Positions 48,847-61,857 of a DNA stretch of 64,000 bases are shown here, in pieces. Every line of letters starts with the position of its first letter. Positions within the stretch are counted from its first letter, which is position 1. The position numbers and the translations under genes were made by a program. A model generated the notes under the pieces. It was not told the origin of the DNA, did no database searches, and was given only the letters and a program-made list of their open reading frames with translations. The DNA is from Balanoglossus misakiensis (taxonomy: Eukaryota > Animalia > Hemichordata), in NCBI GenBank assembly GCA_040954595.2, contig CM082581.2, forward strand, positions 13,527,921 to 13,591,920. The letters are read 5' to 3'.

Positions 48847-51800
48847 ATGGCGACGTTTTCACGGCGGCAAGTTCGAACGCCAGGAAGCGTGAGAAGGCCT
48901 CGCTTCTATGCTAGTCTGCGGAGAAGGAGTAGTAAACGGAGAAGAGCAGTCGACGAAGTGTTCGCCGATCTGAAAGACTACAATGTAAGTCGTTGACCAT
49001 ATAGCATCAATGAGTATAGCCACATCAATTGCACTGAACTGCCATCGCCGAGATAAGAAATACCGTTGGTGTACGCTTTCATGACAACAATAACATTCTG
49101 CAAAGACCATTGATGCGAGGCGGACCGTTGCATTAACGGCGCCAGTTTGATTTTAAAATCGAGCGTTTAACAGAAAATGTTTCTAGATTACAGCTGGAAA
49201 ACTCAGTTCCGGATTGTTGATACAAATAAAGGGGGCGTGGTCAAGGGCAAGTGTGCATGCGCGTGCACCACTGGTAGTTTTCAGCCAATCCATCCCTGTT
49301 GCTTGACCTTTGAAATTTTAGCTTGTTGCTCTCGTCTCGTCCATGGCATGTGAATTCATGGGTCTTTGCTTCCACCGTGAAGTGGCAGGCCGAGTATGTT
49401 AAATATTGATTTCCTGTGTGTTTAGTATCAGTTTACAATGACTCAAAAAGTTCACCTATTGTATGTCTTATTGTCTTTTGTGCCAGCATCCGAAATGGCA
49501 CATTACTAAGTAACAGGGGGTGTTACTCCCAGAGTGACATTCATGGTGTCAACAGTGTAAAGCACCTTTTACTTTTGATGACTGTAACAGAAGCGTGCTT
49601 GGCCATGCACAATGAATGTCAAATTCTACATTTTCTTTCTACACATTCAAGTTCTTGAAAGGGATTAACTCTCTACCGGTTACCCTAGTCCTAAAAAGGC
49701 AGCAAACTCCAAACACAACCCCATTCTCAGGTCTCCTATTGTTCTGCTCTTGAAAAGAGCTGCTGCTGATGATGTAACAACCACCTTTGTGTTGAGGACA
49801 TTTTACTTTTACTACTGCAGTCTGAGCACAGCACTGACAGGCATCCAGTTTCTTCTTAGACATCGCGCCAAGGAGGATTGACCGATTGCATTTAATACAG
49901 ATTTTTTTCCTTTACCATTTCAAGGGAAGAGAGGGTTGCAAGACCAGTAATATGGATTTCACATGCCCGGAGGACATGTTTGAAGACCTGGATGTATTCT
50001 ATATCCGACAATTAGCATCAAGCCTTCAGGTAGAGTAGGAAACTTTGTTTATTGTGTCACTGCACTGTTTGGGAAGCCATACCATTACATTGCATGTACT
50101 TTGGGAAGCCTTACACCGCATTGTTCAACCGAGACCACCGATTTGTCAATATCATGGAAAACTTTTAAATGGCATTTTCCCCTAAAGTGTCACAGAATCA
50201 GGATTTCAGGTAAATTAATTTCCTGCGATTGCTAGTCGGCTCAATTGTTACAAGCATTAGCAAAGTTAATGAACTCTTTTGTTGTAACCAGTAATGATCC
50301 AACTCGTGTGTGTTACTGTTCTTTTGTTGAGTAAAAGTAGCTTTAGTCGGATTGGTATGTAATTATACAAATGAACAGAGTTTATCCATGGAAGGGCTTT
50401 TTTCGTTTTTTGATAGTGCTTAATTCGTCCTTACAAAAGAATATTGTCTGTTAATGCTTTTTTGTGTGAATACTTTGATTGGTTTTGTGTTTGTTTTCCC
50501 AGCATGCATGTATTTGCATAATTGGCATTGTGGATAATAATAGAAAATGTCATAATTGCATGCACCAATAAAGAATATGAATTATTTGCCAGTAACCAGC
50601 CATGCAGGAATAAACGCTGGCTCATTATCCAAGAACTAATAAAAAATGTGTATCTTGAGACGTGAAAATATGAAAATGTAATGACCAGTATGAATCGTGT
50701 CAGGCATGATCAAAACATGAATGAGATATGACAGAAAATACGGATGACTTATCACCATAATGAGTTTCTTTGTAAAGCACTTAAGGGCCTTTTTATTATG
50801 CGGAACATGCATGGTGGCTGCGACGCCGCAAAAGCAGTTAATAATGCGAAGGATGGCATCAGCAGACACAAATTAGATCACAGCAGCCGATCAGATGGGT
50901 TCCCACGCAGGGAAATGGATTGTACTGCGTGTATGCTAAGCAGGGGTGTGTAGTTCACGAGAGTTCATGCAGTGAATGTGTACGTACATATGTGTGTGTT
51001 GTACGTAGACTATTCTCCATCGGCAAGTAGCTCAGATCAGTGTTTAGTGAGCCCGGGCTTCCATGCTGCTCTCACAAGTGCTGTAGATACAACTGTGTTA
51101 ATAATAATAGAAACCCGGCAAATATCAGATAAAATGGACCAGAATGGCTAGATCCTCATCCAAAAAGGTAGGGAAAATAAATTTCTTTTCCCCCTGCAGT
51201 TCCATTCCGACTTACGTCAATGATCATCATCATCAGCAGGCTGTCTTCACATGAATAATCGCGCTGAGGGAAAAAAAAACACTTCCTGTCATTGATCTGG
51301 CGGTGTATTTTTCAAGCATCTGCAAGACTGAAGGCTTGGTTTTCTCTTTTATTGGAATGTAATCAATTTGACACCGCAAATAATTATTGATTCTTGTTTG
51401 ATAAGAAGGGAGAGACTGGCAGATGCTCGTATGAATGCGGCTAATCGTGTTGTAATGATGCAGCTAGATCTACTATACGGATGTAGCGCAGAATTTCGCG
51501 TTAGCCATGGAGAAATCTCTCATCCTAAAGCTGTCTTAATGTTTCTGTGTAATCTACTCTCTGATCAACATGTAAAATGATCTAAAAAACCTGATATCGC
51601 TGTAACACTTCTTCTATTTGCCAAACCATCAAATACATTCAGATGGGAATTCCTCGCGTGATATTTATATTTGCTAAGCGTACGTGGCTACACTTTGTAA
51701 TGTATGTATGTGGCCGACATTTGAAAATTTCTAAATGGAAAATAAATAACAGAGAATTAATAACCTATGGTCATGTGAAATGAGAACATCTGCTGTCAGT

Positions 51801-54800
51801 CTTAATGAAAGCATAAAAAATGTTGATATATACGTCTGGCGGTCTGGTTGATTCAGGTTTAATACACATTATACATTTATAAAAAAAAAAATTAGACAGT
51901 GATCTTTGTGGATTTTTCTGAAACTATTAAAAATGTTAGAAGTTTCGTATAATTTCAGTATAATATAAGAGTGAAGAAATCTGTAATTTTTCTCCTCATT
52001 GTGTGTATCATGATCTGTCATGTGACCCTTGTCTGAAGAATACGGTTCTCATGGTAATACGTCTGTGTCTGCTGCTCTGTCAGAGATATCTGAGATGTAG
52101 CCAAGCCTCATATTTGAAGCTCTGCCAGTGGTTACAAACGAAATATCATTCCAGAGCAGGGTACATTGGACAAAAGTAAAGCATAGTTACAGGCAATCCT
52201 ATGCCTTAAACCTATCACTAGTGAATAATAATGTGATTTAGCAATTCGTACCTGTGCCAGTACATTTAAGTTTGATAAAATAATAGTATTCGTTCAGTGA
52301 TTGTGACAATTTAATTCTTCAGGCAGAACATAAGTCATACCATTGCATAATTTAGAGATGATTGGAAAAAATATTATGCAGGGATTAGCACTGCGGTGTG
52401 TAAATCAATATGGGATTTGCTTGTCTCCAGGCAACAACACAGATGCAGGGACATCATTGCTTGAGTATACACTTTCCACATTCTTCCGGTTGTGTTTGCT
52501 TTCTCTCTCATTGACTACTTGCAACTTGAGAAGACACTCCGTGGATCAGCTCTGTTCGTGCCGATGTCGAACTCTGCAAAAGCAATGTCGCGCTCTGATG
52601 AAGAAGTGTGTTTGAAGCAATACTACAGTCGTGTTGATGAGCATCTTTGCTTCAGACACAGCCTGTATTTTGAGTGATTCATACAAAATATGGTTGAGCT
52701 AGTACTTCATCTCAGTCAGTAATTGACCTAGAGCTATGCAGGCAAAACTGCACCTACATTATAGGCTATGAATCCGTGAGAATTTCGTTGGTTCAAGACA
52801 GCATGTATAGACTACCAGTGTATGGACCATTCGAGTGAAAATTGGCAAGCATATTTGAAGAATTTCCAAACGCATTTTATTTTCTTATGCTAATATTGGA
52901 GGCGAATTCTGATTATCAAAGTACCGGTACAATGCAGTCCATGAAATACACAAAACAAGCAAGTTATCCAAATATGATTCTTTCAGAATCTGCAACCAGA
53001 GTTGTTGAAGAATTACCAGTAAGATGAGCAAGACATTAAAACCAGTGAACTGTGGAGAGGCCAATCTACAATATCAAATTGAGTTATATGATAGATTGAA
53101 ATTAAAATTTGTGATTGTGTGCACATCATGTAAATTTTACAACTCTTCAAAGTGCTGCTGTCTGTCTCAATATAATGTAAAAATAATAATAATAAAAGTG
53201 TTCCAGATAAGAAATGCTCCCCAGAGAATTAGAGTATACGTGCCCTATATGAAAAATGACAGGTCAGTTATGATTGGACTATAGAATGTTTAGTTGCATG
53301 TTCTTGTAAATATGGATATCTCATTATACAGTCACCAATTAAAGGTGACTGTATAATGAGATATCAGTGAGGATATTAAATAATTATCATGATTAATTTA
53401 TACATCAAGCATTTATAATAAATGTGTCATACTGCAAGCTGCACCAATCATTTGTCAACATTTTTGCCGCAAACGAACGCTAAAGATATAGTTCGCAGAA
53501 AGTGTAAACAGTGCATGAACAGAGATGATTTACACAATGCACGATAAAACATGGATTTCTGTTTAGTGTGTAGTCAGTAGTAGGAACAGCATGAATGAGT
53601 CACTCCAATGGTGGAATTAGATTTGTATAGCGTGAATGAATCAGATTGATTCTGTAGGAACTTGTGCTGTTTTGAAAGTCAATTACAACATGTCTGGGAG
53701 CCACTTTGAGTGAATAAAATGATGTTGCCTCAAAGTGTTTCAGTGACGGTAAATTGGCTGTAATACACTGTACTGGGGAAAAAATATACAAATGGGTCTC
53801 ACTCTGTTGCAATTTTTGTTGTCTTAAACGTTTGATTATGTTGGACTGCACAAGTAGATTTTCTGCTTCCTTCAACTGAGCCACTAGATCATGACCATGT
53901 TTGTATTTTCTTTTTTATCTTCCAGGATTACGACATACAACAAAAGATTGACCTTGAAATCAAGATGAGAGACGGGATGGCTAAACTGCTTGCTGCTTGC
54001 CAACATGAATTGCAGGCATTGGAGGCTTCCAAAAGTATGCTGGCGTCCAACTACAGGATGATGGCGTACATGTCTGAGCTGCAGAAACGTAAGACGGCCG
54101 AGAAGAGCAAGAAGAGTCAAGATGCTGATGATGTTAAACCTTGCAAGGCCAGGTTGGCCATCTCAGGTGTGTTGGAAATGAAATCAGTGTTTTCTTGACA
54201 TTTAGACTTTGCATGACTTGTGTGTACAGAGCAGCATTTGCAGTTCAATGTGAAGTGCACTGCAGATTTCATGGTTTTCTTTGTTGGTGGTTCAAATTAC
54301 ATGTACTGGGAGTACAGATACTTTGCTCAGGCTGCCCAGCAGAGCTCTGCTTGGGTTTAAAGTTGAGGGTGCATCTGTGGTCAGAAGGATAGGTTGACAA
54401 CAGTTCTCTTTGTTTTGTGTATGACAGATATAAGGATACCATTGATGTGGAAAGAAGAGGACCACATCAAAAACAAAGGCGGTACGTGTCTTTGCCTTTC
54501 TGGTATTTATGATAGAAAAGCAGCATAGATTTGTCAGCCTTGCTGCAGGTTTGCATATATTTGATAAGTTGCTACTTTTGTTTTCAGATCACCGCCGTTA
54601 CTCTGTGTTCTGCCTCTGGAGGATTGGAACCGAAATCCACGACACTGAAATGATCCGAAATGTGGACAGAACTGTTACAGACATTTGTCCTGAAGATGTC
54701 CTTATATTGTAAGTGAAACATTTCGAGAGGTGTCAGTAAATCTTTCCATTCACCTGAACCCAAGAGATCAAAGTAGAATACACTACTACCAGTAGACAAT

Positions 54801-57669
54801 AATATCAACACAGATTTTCACAACCCTCTTTATTCTGCATGGCTTTGTCTGTATGTGCGCCCTCAACAATCAGGCAGAGCAAGGTTTGCACGGCTGAAAC
54901 GTTGATGGCGCACATCAAATCGGACAACTCAGCAGTCTCCCTTTTTGACTGATTTGTTTGTCTTTTTTTACTTCATTTCAGTGATGACATAAATCCAGAC
55001 TTTGAATGCTACCTGGAGGTCTACTGCTACAACATGCACAATGATCTCACCATAGCGAGTACACCCAAACGACTACGTAGGAAACTGAATTCATTGTCGC
55101 TTGGCAGAAGCGCTGGCAAGAAAGTACAGGCAGGCATGGTAAGTCTACTCAACGCCACCAGTCTTCTTGTACAGTAAAGATCAGAACTCTTTCTGAATAC
55201 GTGTTCTCATGTATTTCCTTCATTTTTGTCTTGGTTTCATTTTTCAGGAGAATGGTGAGGGGAACCCAGGCCCCAAATTTACTATGGTGGCGACAGCCAA
55301 GTTGAGCATAGACGATATACATAGTGATACTAAGACGCAAGATTTGGCACTACGTGACACAGGTCAGTCTTTATGTGACAGTGAACAAATCTATTTGCAG
55401 GAGTGTGGAGTAGAGATTTAGGGATCAAAGAGAGCCCATGTTTATAATGATGTAGTAGTATCAGTTGTTGCACAACAAAAACTTAGTGTGTTTCTTACAT
55501 TCGTATTTGAATTCTTCTCTTTCAGAAAATACCCCAGTTCAGCTGCCTTTGTTTGGTCACTTCTGCTGTCGACTAGCAGCACAACCACAATGCATGGTGG
55601 AGGATGCAATGTCTGGTTGCCTTAGTTTTCAAGTGAGTAGCTTCAACTGTTTACGCTCAAAGCGGCGCAGAGTGTCTGTTCCATACAGAGATCATTGGTG
55701 GAGAACTGCTGTGTGTATTCACACCCTTGGCACCCTGACACCCCTGTTGGACCATGACATCTTCCAAGCCAGGTTCAAATGATTGTCTCACCACTCATCA
55801 TTTTTTTTACTCTCCTTAGGATACAGTCAATGGAGTACCGGGATGGACCAGGAAGTGGTGTCTGCTGAGAGCATCTCGGCTGCAATGCTGGACACAGCCA
55901 GAAGACAGGGGATCCAAGATGCCCGATAGTACTATTCTAATAACAAAGGTACATGTAGAAATCAGTTGCCCCCCCCCTCCCCATGCAGCACAGCTCACTT
56001 TAAAGCAATCCTTACACCACTCTCTCCATCATCTTTCCTCTTGCAGGGCAGTAATGTGGAACACAGAGATGGGTCCACCATTCAAAAGCCCAACTCATTT
56101 GTGCTGGTATGTCTGGAAGAAGACACCAAGATCAAACACACCATATCAGCCGATTCCAAGTCAGAGAAGGATCTGTGGATAAAAGCTCTGGAACAACAGT
56201 TTGTAGATACAGGTATTTGAATAGGATAGGTTATATACATTTGAAAAGGTCCTCGAAACTGTAGTCATCTGTGACTATGGTGAAATTCACCTGAATAACA
56301 TTTTGTCATGATACCTTGTTGGACGACGTGTAGTGTAACAATTTCTTCTTTCCAATTCTAGCTGCATGGCAACAAGGGTGCGTCGAATTGATGGACATCC
56401 AGGTACCATCGCCACGACGACCTATCAGGCTTCCAGCTTCCAGAAAGGGTTCTCTCTATGATGAGACTTCACTTAGAGGTAAATTATGTTCATGACTAAC
56501 TTGACTGTGGAAACTGATATGTCATTTTTTTTAAATGTAAGATCAATGCTCACTTTATGAAAGCCCTCTGTTGCCACACAGCTGTTGGTCAACACTAATG
56601 ACAAGACCTGATCCAGAATTTAAACTGCGTTACTATTACCGGTAAAGTCATAATCACAAGGCATGTTCATAAAACACCAGGAAATTTCACTTGCAACTTC
56701 TGTCTTGTGCCATGCATTCTTCATCTGTTTCACTTTTCTGATTTTTTCCGCCAATGCAAAGACTCAGATAGTGACCTGGAGTAAGTGTTCATTTTATACC
56801 ATTCCATCCCAGCACATTATCATAATTTTAGTTGCAGTGCTTATTTTGTTTTGATTTGTTTTGTTTTCCCCCCTCACTTTAAAGGGAACAAGTTGTCCAC
56901 TTCTGCAGTAGATCAAGTTTGTAGATCAAGCACAAAGTCCTTAATGACACACAATTTAAAGCAAAGTAGAATTTAACAACTTGCTCAGGTTTATGTGAAA
57001 GGTGCTTGTAGAAATCAATTGTCTGTTTTGTTTTAGCAAAAAGTAGTACCGGTACGTTGTAAATAGAAACCATAAGTAAGTTCTCATGTCAGAATAGAAT
57101 CAAGAGAAAACTACTTTGTCCCTTCAATGTGAATGGCAACACAGGAATTTCAGTTTTTGTGGCATGCTTTATCCAGTCTAGTAGTGTATTTATTCTTGAC
57201 AATGGTGGTACAGCACTGAATGAAACTAGCATTTTTGCACACGCACACACTCATGCACACAGACACACACACATATATATGCCATATACTGGTAAATTGT
57301 AGTTTTGCCAATTTTATTCAACATTATGCATTTCTTTATACGTACTGCTGCATAAATATAACTAGGGTTCACATGCTTTAAGAGTATCCTGCAATACCTG
57401 TTAGTTAGATGTACATGTAGTTAGATATGGTACCTACTTCAGATAATTTCCACAGATAATTCAATCTAATTTAAAATACAATTTATTTCTCTTCTGCAGC
57501 GACTCCTGAAAGAGCGAAGACAAGAAAACCAATCAAAAGTGAGGATGTTGATGAAGACGATGTTTTCCTGGATTCTCCGGCCAGGAACACACGTTCCAGA
57601 CACAAATCCATGCCTGCCTCCGCTCTTCCGTATCCGAGAACATGGATATCAAAAGAAACCGGAGTCTGA
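48847..57669 (+). CDS. RTKN: Rhotekin (RTKN/RTKN2 pro-ortholog): HR1 Rho-binding + anillin-homology + PH domains; alternative first exons 48847-48984 and 49952-50029
   Basis: IQQKIDLEIKMRDGMAKLLAAC..QALEASKSMLASN (HR1); LAISDIRIPLMWK; YSVFCL; LPLFGHFCCRLAAQP (anillin homology); WTRKWCLLR...KDLWIKALEQ (PH); C-terminal PRTWISKETGV* PDZ-type motif. Confidence 0.93.
53315..53365. repeat. Perfect 22-bp inverted repeat with a 7-nt loop in a rhotekin intron
   Basis: gatatctcattatacagtcacc (53315-53336) + aattaaa + ggtgactgtataatgagatatc (53344-53365); the arms are exact reverse complements. Confidence 0.95.
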
Positions 57670-58107
57670 ACCAAACAAAGCCACGCCCCCATGCACAGAA
57701 TGAAATTAAGACTACACAACAACAATAATCAGAATGAGTAACCGAATCAGATCTCAGAAATATGAAAGGAAAATTTTAACTGCTGTTTTGGGGGATATCA
57801 CAATGAAATACACTCCCAATGCTTAAAAATCTGAAATATTAGCATGTTTATTACATTTCTATGAATTTCTTATTATTTTACAGACTTTTTGTCTTCCACT
57901 GCCTGACACACTCCTGTCAAACCTCAGACACACTTTAACCTGAAGATAACCAAATCTATGTACTACATGAATGTTCAACATATACATTTCCATTCAAAAA
58001 CTATTCCTCACTTCAATTCTGTTTCCGATATGATTTACATTCCATTTTGATTTTTGTTTCTTGTTATATCACCAGGGTCTATTATATTATTTCATTTGAT
58101 GTTTATT

Positions 58108-59100
58108 CAGTCAGGACGTAAGTGGGGTAATTAAACAGCAGGGGATCATGCAATGCAAACACTTGAACTGGCCAGTAACGTTTGAATTGCTCATTTGCAT
58201 ACAGTTTTTCAACTTTTTTCACAACGAAAGTTAAGCAACTTGCAACCCATTTCTGACAATCATTTCACCCCAGGCACATTACTGGTACTATGAGTGTACT
58301 ACATGTGATTTTTCATGAAGTTTTATCGAGAAGAATTTCTTTACTTCCACTGACAAAATTGTGATCACGAAATTCAAAGTGACCTTGAAGTTAAAAAATC
58401 AAAAAAAAAAATATCAGCCATACCCACACAAAAATTAACCCCCTCAGGTTTTAGAAACATTATTAAACTCCTCTATTCATAATTTTGACATGAATATATC
58501 CATGCCGAGAGTCAAGGACCACAATTTACAGTGCCATAGGTCAGTCCTGAGAAGTCAGTCAGCGTGAATAGTGTATAGACTCCGTATGTAATATGCTAAT
58601 GAGAGATAACGACGCGTTGAAAAGGAAGCCATTACGTCATGGGTTAACATGCGTTGACCTACTTCAATGCATACACATATGGCAAACACGGCTGTACTCG
58701 TCGATGGCGAAGGCAATTTTTACACAGTCATTACTCCACAACGGAGCGGCTCACACTATTATAATTTCACGGTAACTTAGTTCAATATCTTCCTAACCTA
58801 CCCAATTTTTTTCAAGACAAGAAATCTTTGCCGAGAGTCAAGGACCACAATTTAAACCAACATACCGAAAGTGTCTTTCTCGGGAACGCGTCGTTAAAAC
58901 TTCACGAAAAATCATCCTATCATTGACTATGGTGTTTCATACACGTCTTAGAAAAATGGGTGCACTACGATCACTTGTAGTACCGAAAATCTCCGTTTGA
59001 AAATTTTTCGAACTGGCCGTAACTGCCACTCAGCGACGTTCACATTCAAATAGATCTCTTTGATCTCACCACCGTAATTACCCCACTTACGTCCTGACTG
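58108..59100. mobile_element. Non-autonomous Tc1/mariner-like DNA transposon (MITE), 993 bp
   Basis: Perfect 26-bp TIRs: cagtcaggacgtaagtggggtaatta (58108-58133) and taattaccccacttacgtcctgactg (59075-59100). CAGT termini; TA on the right flank and TT on the left (degraded TA TSD). No transposase ORF. Confidence 0.85.
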
Positions 59101-60818
59101 TATTGGTACAGAGTAAATTGAATCAGGGTGTAATTTTTATAGACTTATGACCTGAATAATATCCATGTATATAAATGCAAGTTTAATTGACCACTGTATC
59201 CTCAATCCAGTTTCATATATACTGTGAGTTTAGCTCTTTTGTATGATGTGAATTTATATGGTTTGCTTGTGTAAACCACAGAGTGTGACATTGCTGCCCA
59301 TACAAAACACTGCCTTTGAAGTGATATAAATTCATTCTCAGATGACAACCTCAGCAGGGAAAATACATTTCAGATTTCCAGATTTCTTTGCCCTGTGTGT
59401 CATCCATGAAGTTTACTGCCAGTCTAGTTTTCCAGTACTTAATTTGTCCATGGTAGATGTTATAGTTCATTACAATTGTTTACTTGCTTGCGTTCATGAG
59501 AGGCAACAACATTTTAAAATCATGGTAACTACTCTACATTAATATTTAAAAAAGAAAATGAAACAAGGATATTTTTATATCTTGGCGATGGTGTCTCAAG
59601 CCATTTTCCCCTTTTTAATGAGTATGTGTAGCAAGAGATAATGTAGCAATAAAGTAGAGTTTTGATTCTGACAGTTGCCTTGCTACAGCAAGAGGAAAGG
59701 GGCCTGCAGTGCGTGGTTACAACTCATAGAAAAACAAGCAGCTGTAGAAAATGCGTATACAAAGTCCCTGTAACTTTGGCTATTTTTTCCCTGTGTACCT
59801 TGATTGCATGCTAAAAATGCCCAGTGTGTGTTAAATGAACACTCCATAAACACAAACACAGCAATCTTCCATCTTGATTTCTTTTCATTCCCCTGTCAAG
59901 TTTCAACTTGGTGTACAATTTTTGTTTACAAAATAAAGCATGCAACTGAAATACCATACGAAAAATGCATTCTTTGTCAAGACTTTTTGTTCCGTTCTCA
60001 TTGCATGCCTGTATTTTCGAAAGATACCAGAAGCTGTACCGATAGGGGCGCTGTGCTGTAGTTTAGCCAGGGCCCAAGTCTGGTAGAACCCAAAAAATCC
60101 CCAGGAAAATAAAAAAATCCTCCGGCCCCACGCTGGAAGTAAATTCTTAACAGTCCTTGTTAGTCAATCTCGATTTTCTAGCGATTTTTTGTTCGTTCTG
60201 GTTTGCCTAGTGGCATTTACTGAGGACTTTTTTGCAACGCGTGATTTGACGACCGCCAACTCTCTCTTCTCTTTAAAAAATCGAATACACGATGCTCATT
60301 TTCCCCCCACAGTCCCTCCAATCAGAACTATCCACAAATTTGGTGTCGCCCGAACACACCAGTTGCGTAGTAAAAATTTACAATACTGAATGGCACAAGT
60401 TTGACCTTCAGGGAACGTCGTGACCTTCTCAATCATTGCGTCTGGCGCTCGGCTGTTGTCATGCAAATGAGTTGCCCTCAACACACGCAGTACGATGTGT
60501 AACCTTAGTAGGTCAGTCAGAAGGATGGAGTCGGTGTTTTATTCGACGTAAATTTATTGTCACGAGGAAGGGTTTCCCCCCTCATTTTAGCAGACATAGT
60601 CTATTGGCATAGCTGGTGTAACGTTTCGCGTAAAACGAATGAATATTGACGTTAAGGTACGCAGTTGTCGAGTGTAATGTTGCAACTGTTGGCAAGACCT
60701 GTCAGTTTTATCCCTTGGTCGCTCTGAACTTTTACGAGCGCTGCCATCACACAAGCGACTGTACGCGAAGCACTTGCGCTGGCTGTCGTCGACGGAAAAG
60801 AAAGAAGCGAAAACCACC

Positions 60819-61788
60819 ATGCAAGAGGAACGTGACACCAAGGATGGAGGTGTGAGCTCCTGGAGCCACCTGAAACTGTTGTTGTGGAAAAACTTCATTC
60901 AAATGAAACGGAGCCCGGTGAGTTTGTATGACTTTCTGTTTTTGATTATTTTTCGTTTGGTGAAATATACAATACGCGCCACAGTACAACAGCAGCATAG
61001 GTGCGCCTGTACGAACTTTAATTAGGTTATTCCCCGTTTTTCTTTCGTTTGAAAAATATTTTTCCCGAAACATTTTAGACGCGTAGACGGATACTATTTG
61101 TCGGCCAATATATATGTCAACATTTCACATGTTTATCTTCAATTAACACAAAATTGTGAATGGAACTCAGCTGTCACGTTAATATTGCACACAAAATTAA
61201 TTGGAATCTAATATGAAAACGCGGCTACGCATCAGTGAGCCACTTGTTGCTGACGAGCGATGTATCACACACCATCACTAGTTGCCCCGACCGATATGTA
61301 AATCGAGGATCTAAAAATCATACCTGATTATCTATATTTACTCGATTATCGCTCAAATTTAATACCCGGCCTCTACGTGTACAGACTTGAGTAATCAAAT
61401 CTGCGTTGTTGTGTATTTAGCCAAATAACCGGCAAAGCTAAATGCAAACAAGTTAGTAAAATCTTGTGAAATCTGGTTTCCTTATTTAATAAGTCAGTGA
61501 TGAAATCCGAAGTGCAAATTGTAAACATAAAGATTTGTAAATTCTTACCCTGTCTCACAGCAAAGCATTAATTTTTGTTTCATTAACTTTTGTTGTGTAT
61601 TTAAGTCATTTGATTCCAATTGTGTACTTTGTGGTAACCAGTATTGTACCTTTTTGTAAAATCTAAATCTAAAATACTCCTTTTTTGAATGCAGATTGCC
61701 ACAGCAGTGGAACTTTTCAGTCCTGTGGTGGTTATTATGGTGCTAGCAATTTTGAGAAGCGCAAATCCTTCTGTTCCCAAGCCCACTG
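60819..61788 (+). CDS. ABC transporter subfamily A, first two coding exons (gene continues beyond the window)
   Basis: Exon 60819-60917 MQEERDTKDGGVSSWSHLKLLLWKNFIQMKRSP contains the ABCA N-terminal LLLWKN motif. Exon 61695-61788 IATAVELFSPVVVIMVLAILRSANPSVPKPT is the first TM helix, preceded by E-x-x-x-P. Good Kozak context accaccATG. Confidence 0.85.
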
Positions 61789-61857
61789 GTAAGTAATTCA
61801 TTCAAGAAATAGGATCAATGCTTGGCCAGCTGAAAGAAACACCAGACCCACAACTTT

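Noticed and set aside
50400-53900. Numerous 60-95 aa ORFs in the long rhotekin intron, and similar ORFs at 62.3-64 kb
   Set aside because: No recognisable motifs, coding-like composition or consistent splice phases; expected by chance in AT-rich intronic DNA.
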